The translations under genes were made by a program, and so were the position numbers. Under the pieces are notes generated by a model. The model ran no database searches. It was not told the DNA's origin and saw only the letters and a list, made by a program, of their open reading frames with translations. From Phycisphaeraceae bacterium (GTDB lineage Bacteria > Planctomycetota > Phycisphaerae > Phycisphaerales > Phycisphaeraceae), in NCBI GenBank assembly GCA_040876735.1, contig JBBDPC010000100.1:3818-67817 (forward strand): DNA of 64,000 nt. The letters are read 5' to 3'. Below, piece after piece: positions 46,089 to 55,231 of this stretch (position 1 is the stretch's first letter; every line of letters begins with the position of its first letter).

Positions 46089-47375
46089 ATGTTCGGGTTC
46101 ACCAAAAAGCCGGAAATGAATCTGTGGGAAGCCGTGCTCGCCAACGAGGTCGATCGCGTGCGGGAGTTGCTTCAGGCCGACCCCTCGCTGGCCGGGAGGG
46201 TTGCGCCGCACAAGCTGTGTCGGCGTGAGGTGGGGCTGGTGAGCGATGCGACGCCGCTGCACGTCGCGTCCGCACGGGGCTATGGGCAGGTGGTCAAGCT
46301 GCTGCTGGTCGCCGGCGCGGACGTGAACGCCCGGGCGCAGGGGACGACGCCGTTGCACGAAGCGGCCGGGTGCGGACACGTGGAGGTGGCGGAGCTGCTG
46401 CTGTTTCGCCAGGCGGACGTGAATGCCGTCGACCAGGCAGGGTGCACCCCGCTGCATCGGGCGGCGATGGCGGGCCATGACCCCATGGTCAACCTGCTGC
46501 TGGACAACGACGCGAGCATTGAAGCGATCGATGACGAGGGCAACACCGTGCTGCACTGCCTGGCGGCGCACGGCTGCGAGGCGGGCCTCAAGCGTGTGCT
46601 CGAGGCCGGGGCGGAGACGGACCCGTGCGACAAGACCAAGCAGCGCACACCGCTGCACCTGGTGATGGTGCACGCCGATCACAGCGCCGCCAGCCACATC
46701 GACCCGAACCAGCGCCGGGAGCGGGCGAAGATGGAGCGGTCGGCCCGGATCCTGATCAAGCACGGCGCGGACGTCAACGCCGTGGACGCGGCGGGCAACA
46801 CCCCGCTGGACCTGTTCAACTATCTCGAAGGCGACAACGAATCCGACCCGCTGGTTCGGCTGCTGCGCAAGCACGGCGGCCGGTGGATGCGCTATCACCA
46901 TCGCCATGCCGAATCGACCGCACCCACCGCGGCCGCGCCGTCGGCCACCGACGAGCCCCCGCACCTGGACCAGGCCTCATTCGCCCACGACAGCCACGGC
47001 TCGCGGATGGGCTCGACCTCAGGCGCCTCCGCCATCAGCCGGCGGGCGATGGGCTTCATCGGCGACCCCATCCCCCTCGACGCCGGCTCCGTGCTCATCG
47101 GCCGCAACCCCGAATGCGACGTCCGCTACCGCAGCCGAACGCTCTCACGCCGCCACGCCCAGATCACCTTCGAGCAAGGCTCCTACATGATCACCGACAT
47201 GGGCTCGCACAACGGCGTGCTGATCAACGGCCGAAAAATCCACACCTCCCACCTGCTCAGCCCCGGCGAAATCATCACGCTCGGCGCGTACGAATTCGAG
47301 TTCGACGGCCAGAGCATCATCCCCCTCCGCGATGAGTTCGACGAAAACGAACTTCGCGCCGAACTCAGACGCTGA
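46089..47375 (+). CDS. ankyrin-repeat protein with C-terminal FHA domain
   Basis: Six TPLH-type repeats; FHA motifs IGR, SRRHA and DMGSHNGV. Confidence 0.9.
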   Translation: MFGFTKKPEMNLWEAVLANEVDRVRELLQADPSLAGRVAPHKLCRREVGLVSDATPLHVASARGYGQVVKLLLVAGADVNARAQGTTPLHEAAGCGHVEVAELLLFRQADVNAVDQAGCTPLHRAAMAGHDPMVNLLLDNDASIEAIDDEGNTVLHCLAAHGCEAGLKRVLEAGAETDPCDKTKQRTPLHLVMVHADHSAASHIDPNQRRERAKMERSARILIKHGADVNAVDAAGNTPLDLFNYLEGDNESDPLVRLLRKHGGRWMRYHHRHAESTAPTAAAPSATDEPPHLDQASFAHDSHGSRMGSTSGASAISRRAMGFIGDPIPLDAGSVLIGRNPECDVRYRSRTLSRRHAQITFEQGSYMITDMGSHNGVLINGRKIHTSHLLSPGEIITLGAYEFEFDGQSIIPLRDEFDENELRAELRR

Positions 47376-47380
47376 CGACT

Positions 47381-47481
47381 ATGGAGCCGTGAGCCGTTCG
47401 CCTTCAGCCATTAGCCAGCGACAAGCCGAACGGAAGGGACATGCTGGCTGAAAGCTGAAAGCGAACGGCTCAAAGCTCCAT
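47381..47481. repeat. hairpin built from inverted 7-nt periodic arrays
   Basis: ATGGAGC..GAGCCGTTCGC..TTCAGC..TAGCCAGC pairs with GCTGGCTG..GCTGAA..GCGAACGGCTC..GCTCCAT. Confidence 0.8.
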
Positions 47482-47513
47482 AACACCACACGGCCGACAA
47501 ACCCGCCGTGCGA

Positions 47514-47572
47514 TACTTTGCTTTTCGTGGGGCAGGCGCCTCGCCTGCCGGCGGTGTCCCGCCCGCCCCACC
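47514..47572. repeat. REP pair, GTGGGGCAGGCG family
   Basis: Shares the TACTTTGCTTT..GTGGGGC prefix with the copy at 27687. Confidence 0.75.
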
Positions 47573-47633
47573 TTGAATGAAACCCGCAACAACAGGCTCG
47601 ACCGCCCGACCCGCGTGGGGTAGGCTTCACGCC

Positions 47634-48113
47634 ATGAACGAACACACCGCACCCCCGACGGCCGAACCGGCGACGCCCGCCGCCACGCCCCACGCCGAGG
47701 ACATCCTCTGGGAAGGCGGCCCGTCGCAGATCGTGCTGCTGAAAACCTACCTGCTCTGCCTGCTGCTCTCGCCGTTGATCATCCCGCTTTTCTACGCCGG
47801 CTGGCGCTGGCTGGAGCTGCGCAAGCATCGCTACACCCTCACGACCGAACGGCTGCGCCATCGCACGGGCATCTTCTCCCGCCGCACCGACGACCTCGAA
47901 CTCTACCGTATCCGCGACACCGTCGTGAACGAGCCCTGGGTCTACCGGCTGTTCGGCGCAGGCAACATCGTCCTCGAAACCTCCGACCGCACCCACCCGA
48001 CCTTCCATCTCACCGCCATCAAGGACCCGCACACCGTGCTGTCGCACGTCCGCCGACAGGTCGAACTGATGCGGAAGCTCAAGCGCGTCCGCGAAGTTGA
48101 CTTCGAGGCATGA
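47634..48113 (+). CDS. bacterial PH domain (bPH_2 / YdbS-like) membrane protein
   Basis: TM segment followed by YTLTTERL..GIFSRR..LELYRIRD..RLFGAGNI. Confidence 0.85.
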   Translation: MNEHTAPPTAEPATPAATPHAEDILWEGGPSQIVLLKTYLLCLLLSPLIIPLFYAGWRWLELRKHRYTLTTERLRHRTGIFSRRTDDLELYRIRDTVVNEPWVYRLFGAGNIVLETSDRTHPTFHLTAIKDPHTVLSHVRRQVELMRKLKRVREVDFEA

Positions 48114-48154
48114 CGATTGGCTTTGCTCCACGCGTGCGGTACAAAGAAGCAACC

Positions 48155-48610
48155 ATGCCCACCCGCTCCACCAACCCGACGCAGTTTCTTACCGCGGACG
48201 AGCAGGCGGCGGTCGAACGCGCCATCAACACCGTCGAGCAGCAGACCTCCGCGGAAGTCAGGCTCCTGATCGCCCGCCACTGCTGGGGCGACATCCGCGA
48301 CAAGGCGCAGCGGCTGTTCTTCAAGCATCGCATGGACAAGACCGAGCGCCGAAACGCCGTCCTCATCCTGCTGATCACCACCAACCGCGAGTTTCTCATC
48401 TACGGCGACAAGGGCATCAACGATAAAGTCGACGACCCGTTCTGGCAGGACGTGCGCGATCTGATGACCGAGCAATTCCGTGCCGGCTGGTTCGGCGACG
48501 GCCTCTGTGCCGGCATCCAGCGCATCGGCGAGCCACTAGCGACGCACTTCCCGCCCGATCCCGACCATGACCCCAACGAGCTTCCCAATGAAGTCGCTTT
48601 TGAACAGTAG
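48155..48610 (+). CDS. TPM domain protein (DUF477-type)
   Basis: EQQTSAEVR, TERRNAVLI, GDKGIN and NELPN motifs. Confidence 0.88.
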   Translation: MPTRSTNPTQFLTADEQAAVERAINTVEQQTSAEVRLLIARHCWGDIRDKAQRLFFKHRMDKTERRNAVLILLITTNREFLIYGDKGINDKVDDPFWQDVRDLMTEQFRAGWFGDGLCAGIQRIGEPLATHFPPDPDHDPNELPNEVAFEQ

Positions 48611-49394
48611 CCTGCGAGCGTGCACCGCCATGCTGCTCGGGCTGGCGCTGATGGGGCCGGCGCTGGCCCAGCCGGCGGCGGACCGTTACGCGCCCTACCC
48701 CGAGCCTGACGCGGGCTACGTCACCGACCTCGCCGGCCTGCTCAGCGCCGACGAGGAAGAGCGCATCGAGCAGTGGCTCTGGCAGGCCGAGTCGCGCACG
48801 GGCGTCGAGATCGCCGTGGTGACGATCGACTCGATCCTCGACTACCCCGGCACGGACAACCAGCGCATTGAAGCCTTCGCCCGGGGCCTGTTCGATGCCT
48901 ACGGCATCGGCAACCTGCCGGAGAACGACGGCGTGCTGCTGCTGGTCGCCCGGGGGGACCGCGAAGCCCGCATCGAGCTCGGCGCGGGGTACGGCCGACG
49001 CCGCGACCGCGACGCCCGGGCGATCATGGATGGCACGATCGTCCCCGCCTTCGCCAACGGCGATTACCCCGCCGGCATCACCGACGGCGTCAAGGCGATC
49101 CTGCTCGAGTTCGCCGGCGTCCGCGTGGGCTGGAACTGGCCGTTGATCGTCACCGGGCTGGCCATCCCGCTCGTCGGCGCCGTCGCGGTGAGCCTGTTCC
49201 GCAGCGGCAAGCGCGGCTGGGGCTGGGTGGCGGTGGGCCTGCTGATCGTGCTTCTGCTGGCGCTGGTGCGGATGGTGGTCACCGTCGTCCGCCACATGCC
49301 CGAAGGCAACAGCGGGTCGTGGAGTTCCGGCGGCTTCGGGGGCGGGTTCGGCGGCGGCTCGTCCGGCGGCGGCGGCGCGACGGGCAGTTGGTGA
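48588..49394 (+). CDS. TPM domain protein with TM helices and Gly-rich tail
   Basis: VTDLAGLL, DGVLLLVA, RIELGAGY and FGGGSSGGGGATGSW motifs. Confidence 0.9.
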   Translation: MKSLLNSSLRACTAMLLGLALMGPALAQPAADRYAPYPEPDAGYVTDLAGLLSADEEERIEQWLWQAESRTGVEIAVVTIDSILDYPGTDNQRIEAFARGLFDAYGIGNLPENDGVLLLVARGDREARIELGAGYGRRRDRDARAIMDGTIVPAFANGDYPAGITDGVKAILLEFAGVRVGWNWPLIVTGLAIPLVGAVAVSLFRSGKRGWGWVAVGLLIVLLLALVRMVVTVVRHMPEGNSGSWSSGGFGGGFGGGSSGGGGATGSW

Positions 49395-49422
49395 CGCGCA
49401 GCAAAACCCCAGGGAGCACACC

Positions 49423-49851
49423 ATGCGATGCCCGGCCTGTCAATCCGGCTACCTGCAACACATGCGGACACGCGAACAAGGCGTCGACCTGGACCAGTGC
49501 CCACGCTGCAAGGGCCTGTGGTTCGACGGCGAGGAACTGGAACAGGTGCTGCCCACCGCGGCCCGCGAACTGCGCGTGCCTTCCGACGCCACCGAAACCG
49601 ACCGCCCCTGCCCGCATTGCCGAACGCCGCTGCATGCATTCAACTACCCGCAAACGCTCGTCCGCGTCGACGTCTGCCCCCACTGCCACGGCCTGTGGCT
49701 GGACCCGCGCGAGTTCAAGGAAATCAAACTCGTGCGCGAACAACTCGACAAACAGGGCGAACTGGAAACGCACGCCCCCGTCACCGGCATCAAAGGCGGC
49801 ATCATCCGCTTCATCGACCAGAGCATCGCGAACCTCTCCGGCTTCGAGTGA
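49423..49851 (+). CDS. tandem zf-TFIIB zinc-ribbon protein
   Basis: Two CPxC...DxCPxCxGLWxDxxE units. Confidence 0.88.
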   Translation: MRCPACQSGYLQHMRTREQGVDLDQCPRCKGLWFDGEELEQVLPTAARELRVPSDATETDRPCPHCRTPLHAFNYPQTLVRVDVCPHCHGLWLDPREFKEIKLVREQLDKQGELETHAPVTGIKGGIIRFIDQSIANLSGFE

Positions 49852-49877
49852 TCCGGAACCGCCACCCCGCCCGGCGG

Positions 49878-50078
49878 TCACTCCGCCAGCGTGACGTTGT
49901 CCGCCTGCGGGCCCTTCTCGCTGCGGCCTTCGTCGAACGTGACGCGCTGGCCTTCCTGGAGGTCTTCAAAGCTCACGCCCTGAAGGCTGTTGGCGTGAAA
50001 AAACAGTTCCTGGCCCGACTGCGTCTGGATGAATCCGAATCCGCGGTCGGTCAGCTTCTTGATCGTGCCTTCTGCCAT
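49878..50078 (-). CDS. cold-shock protein
   Basis: MAEGTIKKLTDRGFGFI..LFFH..KGPQADNV. Confidence 0.93.
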   Translation of the reverse strand: MAEGTIKKLTDRGFGFIQTQSGQELFFHANSLQGVSFEDLQEGQRVTFDEGRSEKGPQADNVTLAE

Positions 50079-50206
50079 GATGCGATGCTCCTGAATCAGG
50101 TGTGTGGGCAAGCGTGCCCGGGCTTGAACGGGGTCATGGTACCGGCGAACCGGATGCGGCGTCGATCCGAACGCAAGCCGTCGCCCGACAGCCCGGCCAC
50201 ACGAGC

Positions 50207-51547
50207 CTAGCGCGGGGCAAGATCGACCGGCTCGGCCGTCGCCCCCTCGGCCGGCGCGATGCCGAGCAGCCTGGCGACGGTCGGGTGCAGTTGCAACGCC
50301 TCGATGCGCTTGATCTCCCGGCCGCCCAACGGCTCGGGCCAGCGATGGATCAGGGCGAAGCCGAGCATGTCCGGCTCGTCGGCCGGATCGTAGCCGTGCA
50401 TGCCGCGCGGGCCGCCGCGTTCGCCGATGGGCGCGGTCACGCCCTCGGGTCGGACGGAGAAGGTGTGGCCGGTGGTGAGCACTGCCACGAGATCGCCAGT
50501 GCGGGTGGGATGGTCGTACTGCCATTGCTCGGGCAGGTCGTCGCGCCGCCAGATGCGGATGAAGTCGTGCTTGTCGGCGGCGGCGAGGGCGGTGGCGATG
50601 ATCGCTTCGCGTTCGTCGTCGGCTTCGACCCGGTCGAGGTGGATGTGGCCGACGTTGCCGGTGGTGACGAGGGTGATGTCATCGCGATCGCGTGGCAGGC
50701 CGACGAGTGGGTAGAGGTTGACGAGCGTGTGGACGACGGCCATGCCGTGGTCGGTGGTGAGCAGCAGGTAGAGCGTGTCGCCGTCGCGGGCGGTGCGTTG
50801 CCATTGGGCATGGATGGCCTCGGCGAACCAGCCGAGCAACACGTCGGTCTGCTCGAAGGTTTCGACGACTTCGGGCGCGTCGGGGCCGGCTTCATGGCCG
50901 ACCTTGTCCACGTCGCCGATCCAGGTCATCAGCAGTTGCAGCGGTTGCTCGTGCGTGTCGTTTTGCCAGACGTCGATGAGCTGTTCGAGGCGTTCGCGGT
51001 CGCTGAGTTGGGCGTCGAAGCGTTGGTTGTGATGGGCGGTCTGGATGTGGTGGTGCTCCTGCCAGTGGGCCAGGGGCCAGTCGCCCACGGCCGTGCGGAT
51101 CTGCTGGCGGGTGGCGGTGAACCAGATCGGCTCGGCCTGGAGGAGGTTGGCGAAAGGCGGGTAGTGGTAGGTGCGTTGGCGTCGGCGGTCGTAGAAGGCA
51201 TTGGCGGGGACGCCGTGGTCGCGGGGGAGGACGCCGGTGGCCTGGGAGGCGTGGCTGGCGAAGGTGACGGAGGGGAAGGTGGGGACGAGGGCGCGGGTGT
51301 GGAGGCCGGTGGCGATGAGGCGGTCGAGTGCGGGCGTGTTGGCGCGGTGGACGTAGTCGTGGCGGACGCCGTCGATGGTGATCCAGACGACGGTGGTGCG
51401 GTTGGGGGTTTCGGCATCGGCCTCGGCCAAGGCGGGCGTCGCCTGCACGGCCAGCCCCAACAGGAGCACGCACACCAGCCACGGCCTGCGCAGGAGGTCG
51501 TGGTAGGAGTTGAAGGGGCGGGCGTGGTGCGGGCGGGTGGTGGGCAT
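50207..51547 (-). CDS. alkaline phosphatase superfamily, nucleotide pyrophosphatase/phosphodiesterase
   Basis: ITIDG, FPSVTFASH, DKVGH, TDHGM and GMHGYD motifs; signal peptide. Confidence 0.9.
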   Translation of the reverse strand: MPTTRPHHARPFNSYHDLLRRPWLVCVLLLGLAVQATPALAEADAETPNRTTVVWITIDGVRHDYVHRANTPALDRLIATGLHTRALVPTFPSVTFASHASQATGVLPRDHGVPANAFYDRRRQRTYHYPPFANLLQAEPIWFTATRQQIRTAVGDWPLAHWQEHHHIQTAHHNQRFDAQLSDRERLEQLIDVWQNDTHEQPLQLLMTWIGDVDKVGHEAGPDAPEVVETFEQTDVLLGWFAEAIHAQWQRTARDGDTLYLLLTTDHGMAVVHTLVNLYPLVGLPRDRDDITLVTTGNVGHIHLDRVEADDEREAIIATALAAADKHDFIRIWRRDDLPEQWQYDHPTRTGDLVAVLTTGHTFSVRPEGVTAPIGERGGPRGMHGYDPADEPDMLGFALIHRWPEPLGGREIKRIEALQLHPTVARLLGIAPAEGATAEPVDLAPR

Positions 51548-51674
51548 GGTCCTGCATTGTTGCCGGCTACGGCGGTCGGTACAACCGGGGGCCGCGCTCC
51601 GCTGCGATGCGCGGCTAAGGTTTGGGGACGCCCGACTCGCCCGCGCCCGCCCGGCGGGTTACATTGATCCGACG

Positions 51675-54518
51675 ATGAGCGATGCGGCCACGCACAACTC
51701 GAAGCCCGCCAAGGCCCTGACCCCGGCCATGCAGCAGTACCAGCGGTTCAAGAAGCAGCACCCGCATTGCGTGCTCTTTTTCCGCATGGGCGACTTCTAC
51801 GAAATGTTCTACGACGACGCGAAGCTGGCCCACAAGGTGCTCGGCGTCACGCTCACCCAGCGCACCGAAGGCGTGCCCATGGCCGGCGTGCCCTACCACG
51901 CGGTGGAGAACTACCTGCGGCGGATGATCCAGGCGGGCCATCGCGTGGCCGTCTGCGAACAGGTCGAAGAGGCGGCGCAGGCCAAGGGCGTCGTGAAGCG
52001 CGACGTCACCCGCGTCGTCACGCCCGGCACGATCACCGACGAGTCGCTGCTGGAAGAGGGGCAGGAAAATCCGCTCGCGGCAGTCGTCTTCCAGGGGCAA
52101 GGGGCCAAGGGGCCGAGGGGCCAAGCGGCCGAAGGGAAAGAAATCGCCTCCATCGCCTGGGCGGAGCTGAGCACCGGCGCCTTCCACGTCGCCACGCTCG
52201 CTGCCGACGAGGTGGCTGATGAGCTGGCGCGCGTGCGGCCGCGCGAGTTGATCTACTGCGAGACTGCCGACGGCGAAGCGCCCACCCGCGTCCGCCAACT
52301 CGCCGAGGCCCTGGGCTGCTCGCTCACCCCCCGGCCCGGCTGGCAGATGCGCCAGGGCGAGGCCGTGGAAGCCCTCCGCCGACAGTATGGCGTCGCCCAG
52401 CTCGCCGGCTTCGGCTTTGATGATGACGACCCCGCCCTCGCCCCTGCCGGCGGCATCCTGCACTACCTCACGGAAACGCAGTGCGTCGGCGCCGACGATC
52501 CCCACGCGAAAGCCGAAACGCGAAACGCGAAACTCTCCCACCTCCAGCCGCCGCGCCGGTTCGTGCGCAACAGTCACCTGGTCATCGACCAGACGTCGCT
52601 GCGCTCGCTGGAAGTCGAACGCACGCTGCGCAGCGGCGGCACGGAGGGCTCGCTGGTTGCCACCCTGCAGGCCGGCGGCGGCTGCGTCACCGCCATGGGC
52701 AAGCGGATGCTCCGCCACTGGCTCTGCTATCCGCTCTGCGAGCGCGAGCCGATCGAGGGTCGGCAGCGCGTCGTGCAGGCGCTGGTCAACGACGTCCGCT
52801 TTCTTGATGAGCTGCGCGCCGCGCTGGACGGCGTGCAGGACGTGCAGCGCATCACCGCCCGCCTCGCGGTCAACCGCGCCACGCCGCGCGATCTCGTCGC
52901 GCTCGGCCGCAGCGCCGCGCAAGTCCGCCAACTCGAGCGTATGCTCGCCGACCGCCCCACCGTCGCGCATTACCATGAGCCGGTCGCCGCGCTGGTCGCC
53001 CCGCTCGAATCGCTCGCCCGCCAGATCGCCGAGGCCTGCGTCGACGAGCCGCCCGCCCACCTGCGCGACGGCGGCCTGGTCCGCGACGGCTACGACGCCC
53101 AGCTCGACGAATACCGCAACCTTCAGCGCGACAGCCACGACTGGCTGGCCCGCTATCAGAAACAGCTCATCGACACGACCGACCTGCCCGCCCTCAAGGT
53201 CGGCTTCAACAAGGTGTTCGGCTACTACATCGAGCTCACCCGCGCCAACCGCGACAAGGCCCCCGACGACTGGACGCGCAAGCAGACGCTCAAAAATGCC
53301 GAGCGGTTCATCACGCCGGAGCTCAAGGAGTATGAGCAGAAGGTGCTCAGCGCCGAAAGCCGGGGCGTCGCGCGCGAGCAGGCACTGTTCGCCGAGTTGT
53401 GCACGCTCGCTCAACAGCAGACCGCCGGCCTGCACCGCTTCGCCGAGTTGGTCGCCGAGCTGGACGTGCTCGGCTGCTTCGCCCGCCGGGCGGTGCGCCA
53501 TCGCTACGTCAAACCCACCATCGTCGACGACCCCGTACTCCACGTCGACGGCGGCCGACACCCCGTGCTCGATGAACTGCTGGGCGAACAGTTCGTGCCT
53601 AACGATGTGGCGCTCGGGTCTCGGGGCTCGGGGATCGGGTTTCGGGAGGGAGAAGCGAACGCCGAGCCGGATCGCGAACCGCAAGCCACGAAACCCGATA
53701 CCCGAGACCCGAGCCCCGCCGCCACCCTCGCGCTGATCACCGGCCCGAACATGGCGGGCAAGTCCACCTACATCCGGCAGGCCGCACTGATCACCCTCCT
53801 CGCGCACACCGGCAGCTTCGTCCCCGCCGACCGCGCGACCGTCGGCCTCTGCGACCGCATCTTCACCCGCATCGGCGCGTCCGACGAACTGCACGCCGGC
53901 CAGTCCACCTTCATGGTCGAGATGACCGAGACCGCCAACATCTGCCACCATGCCACCGCCCGCAGCCTCGTCATCCTCGACGAGATCGGCCGGGGCACGT
54001 CCACGCTCGACGGCCTCTCGCTCGCCTGGGCCCTGGCGGAACACCTGGCCCACCTCGGCCCGCGATGCCTGTTCGCCACGCATTACCACGAACTGACCGC
54101 CCTGGCCGACGAGTACGACAACGTCGCCAACCTCAACGTCACCGTCCGCGAATGGCAGGACCAGATCGTCTTCCTCCACCGCATCGCGCCCGGCAAGACC
54201 GACCGCAGCTACGGCATCCACGTCGCCAAGATCGCCGGCCTGCCCCAGCCCGTCGTCGACCGCGCCAACCAGTTGCTCGGCCAGCTTGCCGTCAGCCACG
54301 CCCCCGCCCCCGGAACCGCCCCCGGAACAACCCCCGCTCCCGCCCCTTCACATAGCCGGGCGAAGCGCGACCAGTTGCCGCTGTTCACAGAGTACGTCGA
54401 TCACCCCGTCCTCACCGAGCTGCGCCAGGCGGACCTCACCCAGCTCACGCCCATGCAGGCGTTCGACCTGCTCCGCCAACTGCACGAACAGGTGAACCAC
54501 GATCCGCCCGGCGCCTGA
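51675..54518 (+). CDS. mutS: DNA mismatch repair protein MutS
   Basis: TPAMQQY, FRMGDFYEMF, ITGPNMAGKST, STFMVEM, DEIGRGT, FATHY and SYGIHVA motifs. Confidence 0.98.
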   Translation: MSDAATHNSKPAKALTPAMQQYQRFKKQHPHCVLFFRMGDFYEMFYDDAKLAHKVLGVTLTQRTEGVPMAGVPYHAVENYLRRMIQAGHRVAVCEQVEEAAQAKGVVKRDVTRVVTPGTITDESLLEEGQENPLAAVVFQGQGAKGPRGQAAEGKEIASIAWAELSTGAFHVATLAADEVADELARVRPRELIYCETADGEAPTRVRQLAEALGCSLTPRPGWQMRQGEAVEALRRQYGVAQLAGFGFDDDDPALAPAGGILHYLTETQCVGADDPHAKAETRNAKLSHLQPPRRFVRNSHLVIDQTSLRSLEVERTLRSGGTEGSLVATLQAGGGCVTAMGKRMLRHWLCYPLCEREPIEGRQRVVQALVNDVRFLDELRAALDGVQDVQRITARLAVNRATPRDLVALGRSAAQVRQLERMLADRPTVAHYHEPVAALVAPLESLARQIAEACVDEPPAHLRDGGLVRDGYDAQLDEYRNLQRDSHDWLARYQKQLIDTTDLPALKVGFNKVFGYYIELTRANRDKAPDDWTRKQTLKNAERFITPELKEYEQKVLSAESRGVAREQALFAELCTLAQQQTAGLHRFAELVAELDVLGCFARRAVRHRYVKPTIVDDPVLHVDGGRHPVLDELLGEQFVPNDVALGSRGSGIGFREGEANAEPDREPQATKPDTRDPSPAATLALITGPNMAGKSTYIRQAALITLLAHTGSFVPADRATVGLCDRIFTRIGASDELHAGQSTFMVEMTETANICHHATARSLVILDEIGRGTSTLDGLSLAWALAEHLAHLGPRCLFATHYHELTALADEYDNVANLNVTVREWQDQIVFLHRIAPGKTDRSYGIHVAKIAGLPQPVVDRANQLLGQLAVSHAPAPGTAPGTTPAPAPSHSRAKRDQLPLFTEYVDHPVLTELRQADLTQLTPMQAFDLLRQLHEQVNHDPPGA
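53612..53714. repeat. inverted heptamer arrays inserted in frame in mutS
   Basis: GCTCGGGTCTCGGGGCTCGGGGATCGGGTTTCG and CGAAACCCGATACCCGAGACCCGAGC. Confidence 0.85.
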
Positions 54519-54666
54519 ACCGTCCCGCCATCCCCAACAACCCGGCATCCGCCCCATCTGCCGCAAGAGTGAGGCACTCACTTCTTTTAGGATGGGTAAT
54601 ATACGTGAATTAGAGAAATTTTTACCAGCCGCGCGATCCCTTTGAGCCCAGGCCGCGTAAGATTGA

Positions 54667-54886
54667 ATGGAAGCAGAGATCGCCCCCGGCAACCCCCGGA
54701 AGCCCTCCGGTACCCCCGGGCAACAGACCGGGCCGATCGGAGACGTCGGTTATAAAAAGATGGAAACCGGGTCTGCTGCGGCCCTATGATTCGACGGCAA
54801 CGCACGACAGACCCGCCACAAAACTCCTTGTTTGCCCCCCTCACGGCCCGCTCGGTGTCCCCCCCACACCGACGGGCCGGTTTTTT
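54667..54886 (+). ncRNA. candidate small RNA (or a 40-aa ORF) with its own terminator
   Basis: AT-rich upstream region with TAAGAT at 54658; GCAACAGACC/GGTCTGCTGC stem; strong terminator at 54844-54886; no long ORF. Confidence 0.3.
54844..54886 (+). terminator. Rho-independent terminator
   Basis: CGGCCCG(C)TCGGTGT/ACACCGACGGGCCG hairpin followed by TTTTTT. Confidence 0.8.
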
Positions 54887-54934
54887 GCGCGCACCGCACC
54901 GCCTCTTCACGGCGATGGCGAGATGCCGGAAAGT

Positions 54935-55179
54935 CACAAAGGACACGAAGGCACAAAGAGCACGAAGAAGAAGCGGACAACCGCGAAGCGGCGAAGGGTG
55001 CGAAGTGTAGAAGAAGTGGAAGGATGGGAGGAGAGCGGGTGGCGGGATTTTCGCGACACAGCGTTGAAATCGCTTCACATCCGTCCGCACAACTCAACTT
55101 CATCGCCGCGATCTTCGCCTCCGTCGCACCTTCGCGGTTTCTGGATCCCTTTGTGTCCTTCGTGGTTCTCCCGTGGTTC
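54935..55179. repeat. nested inverted 8-9-nt periodic arrays (A-B...B'-A')
   Basis: CACAAAGGACACGAAGG.. pairs with CCTTTGTGTCCTTCGTGG; AACCGCGAAG.. pairs with ..CTTCGCGGTT. Confidence 0.75.
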
Positions 55180-55231
55180 TCCCAGGTCTTGCCATGCAGC
55201 CGAGGGCGAAACGGTCTAAAATGGCTCGTCT

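Noticed and set aside
51615-54299. Long antisense ORFs (894 aa here; also 10756-13191, 22039-23898, 25138-27483, 42563-44773)
   Set aside because: These are shadow frames of well-supported genes, typical of high GC3.
54778-54803. GGCCCTATGA..CGGCAAC resembles part of a SAM-I riboswitch
   Set aside because: The upstream ATC.AGAG...GAGGGA and downstream GGTGC.AA elements are missing.
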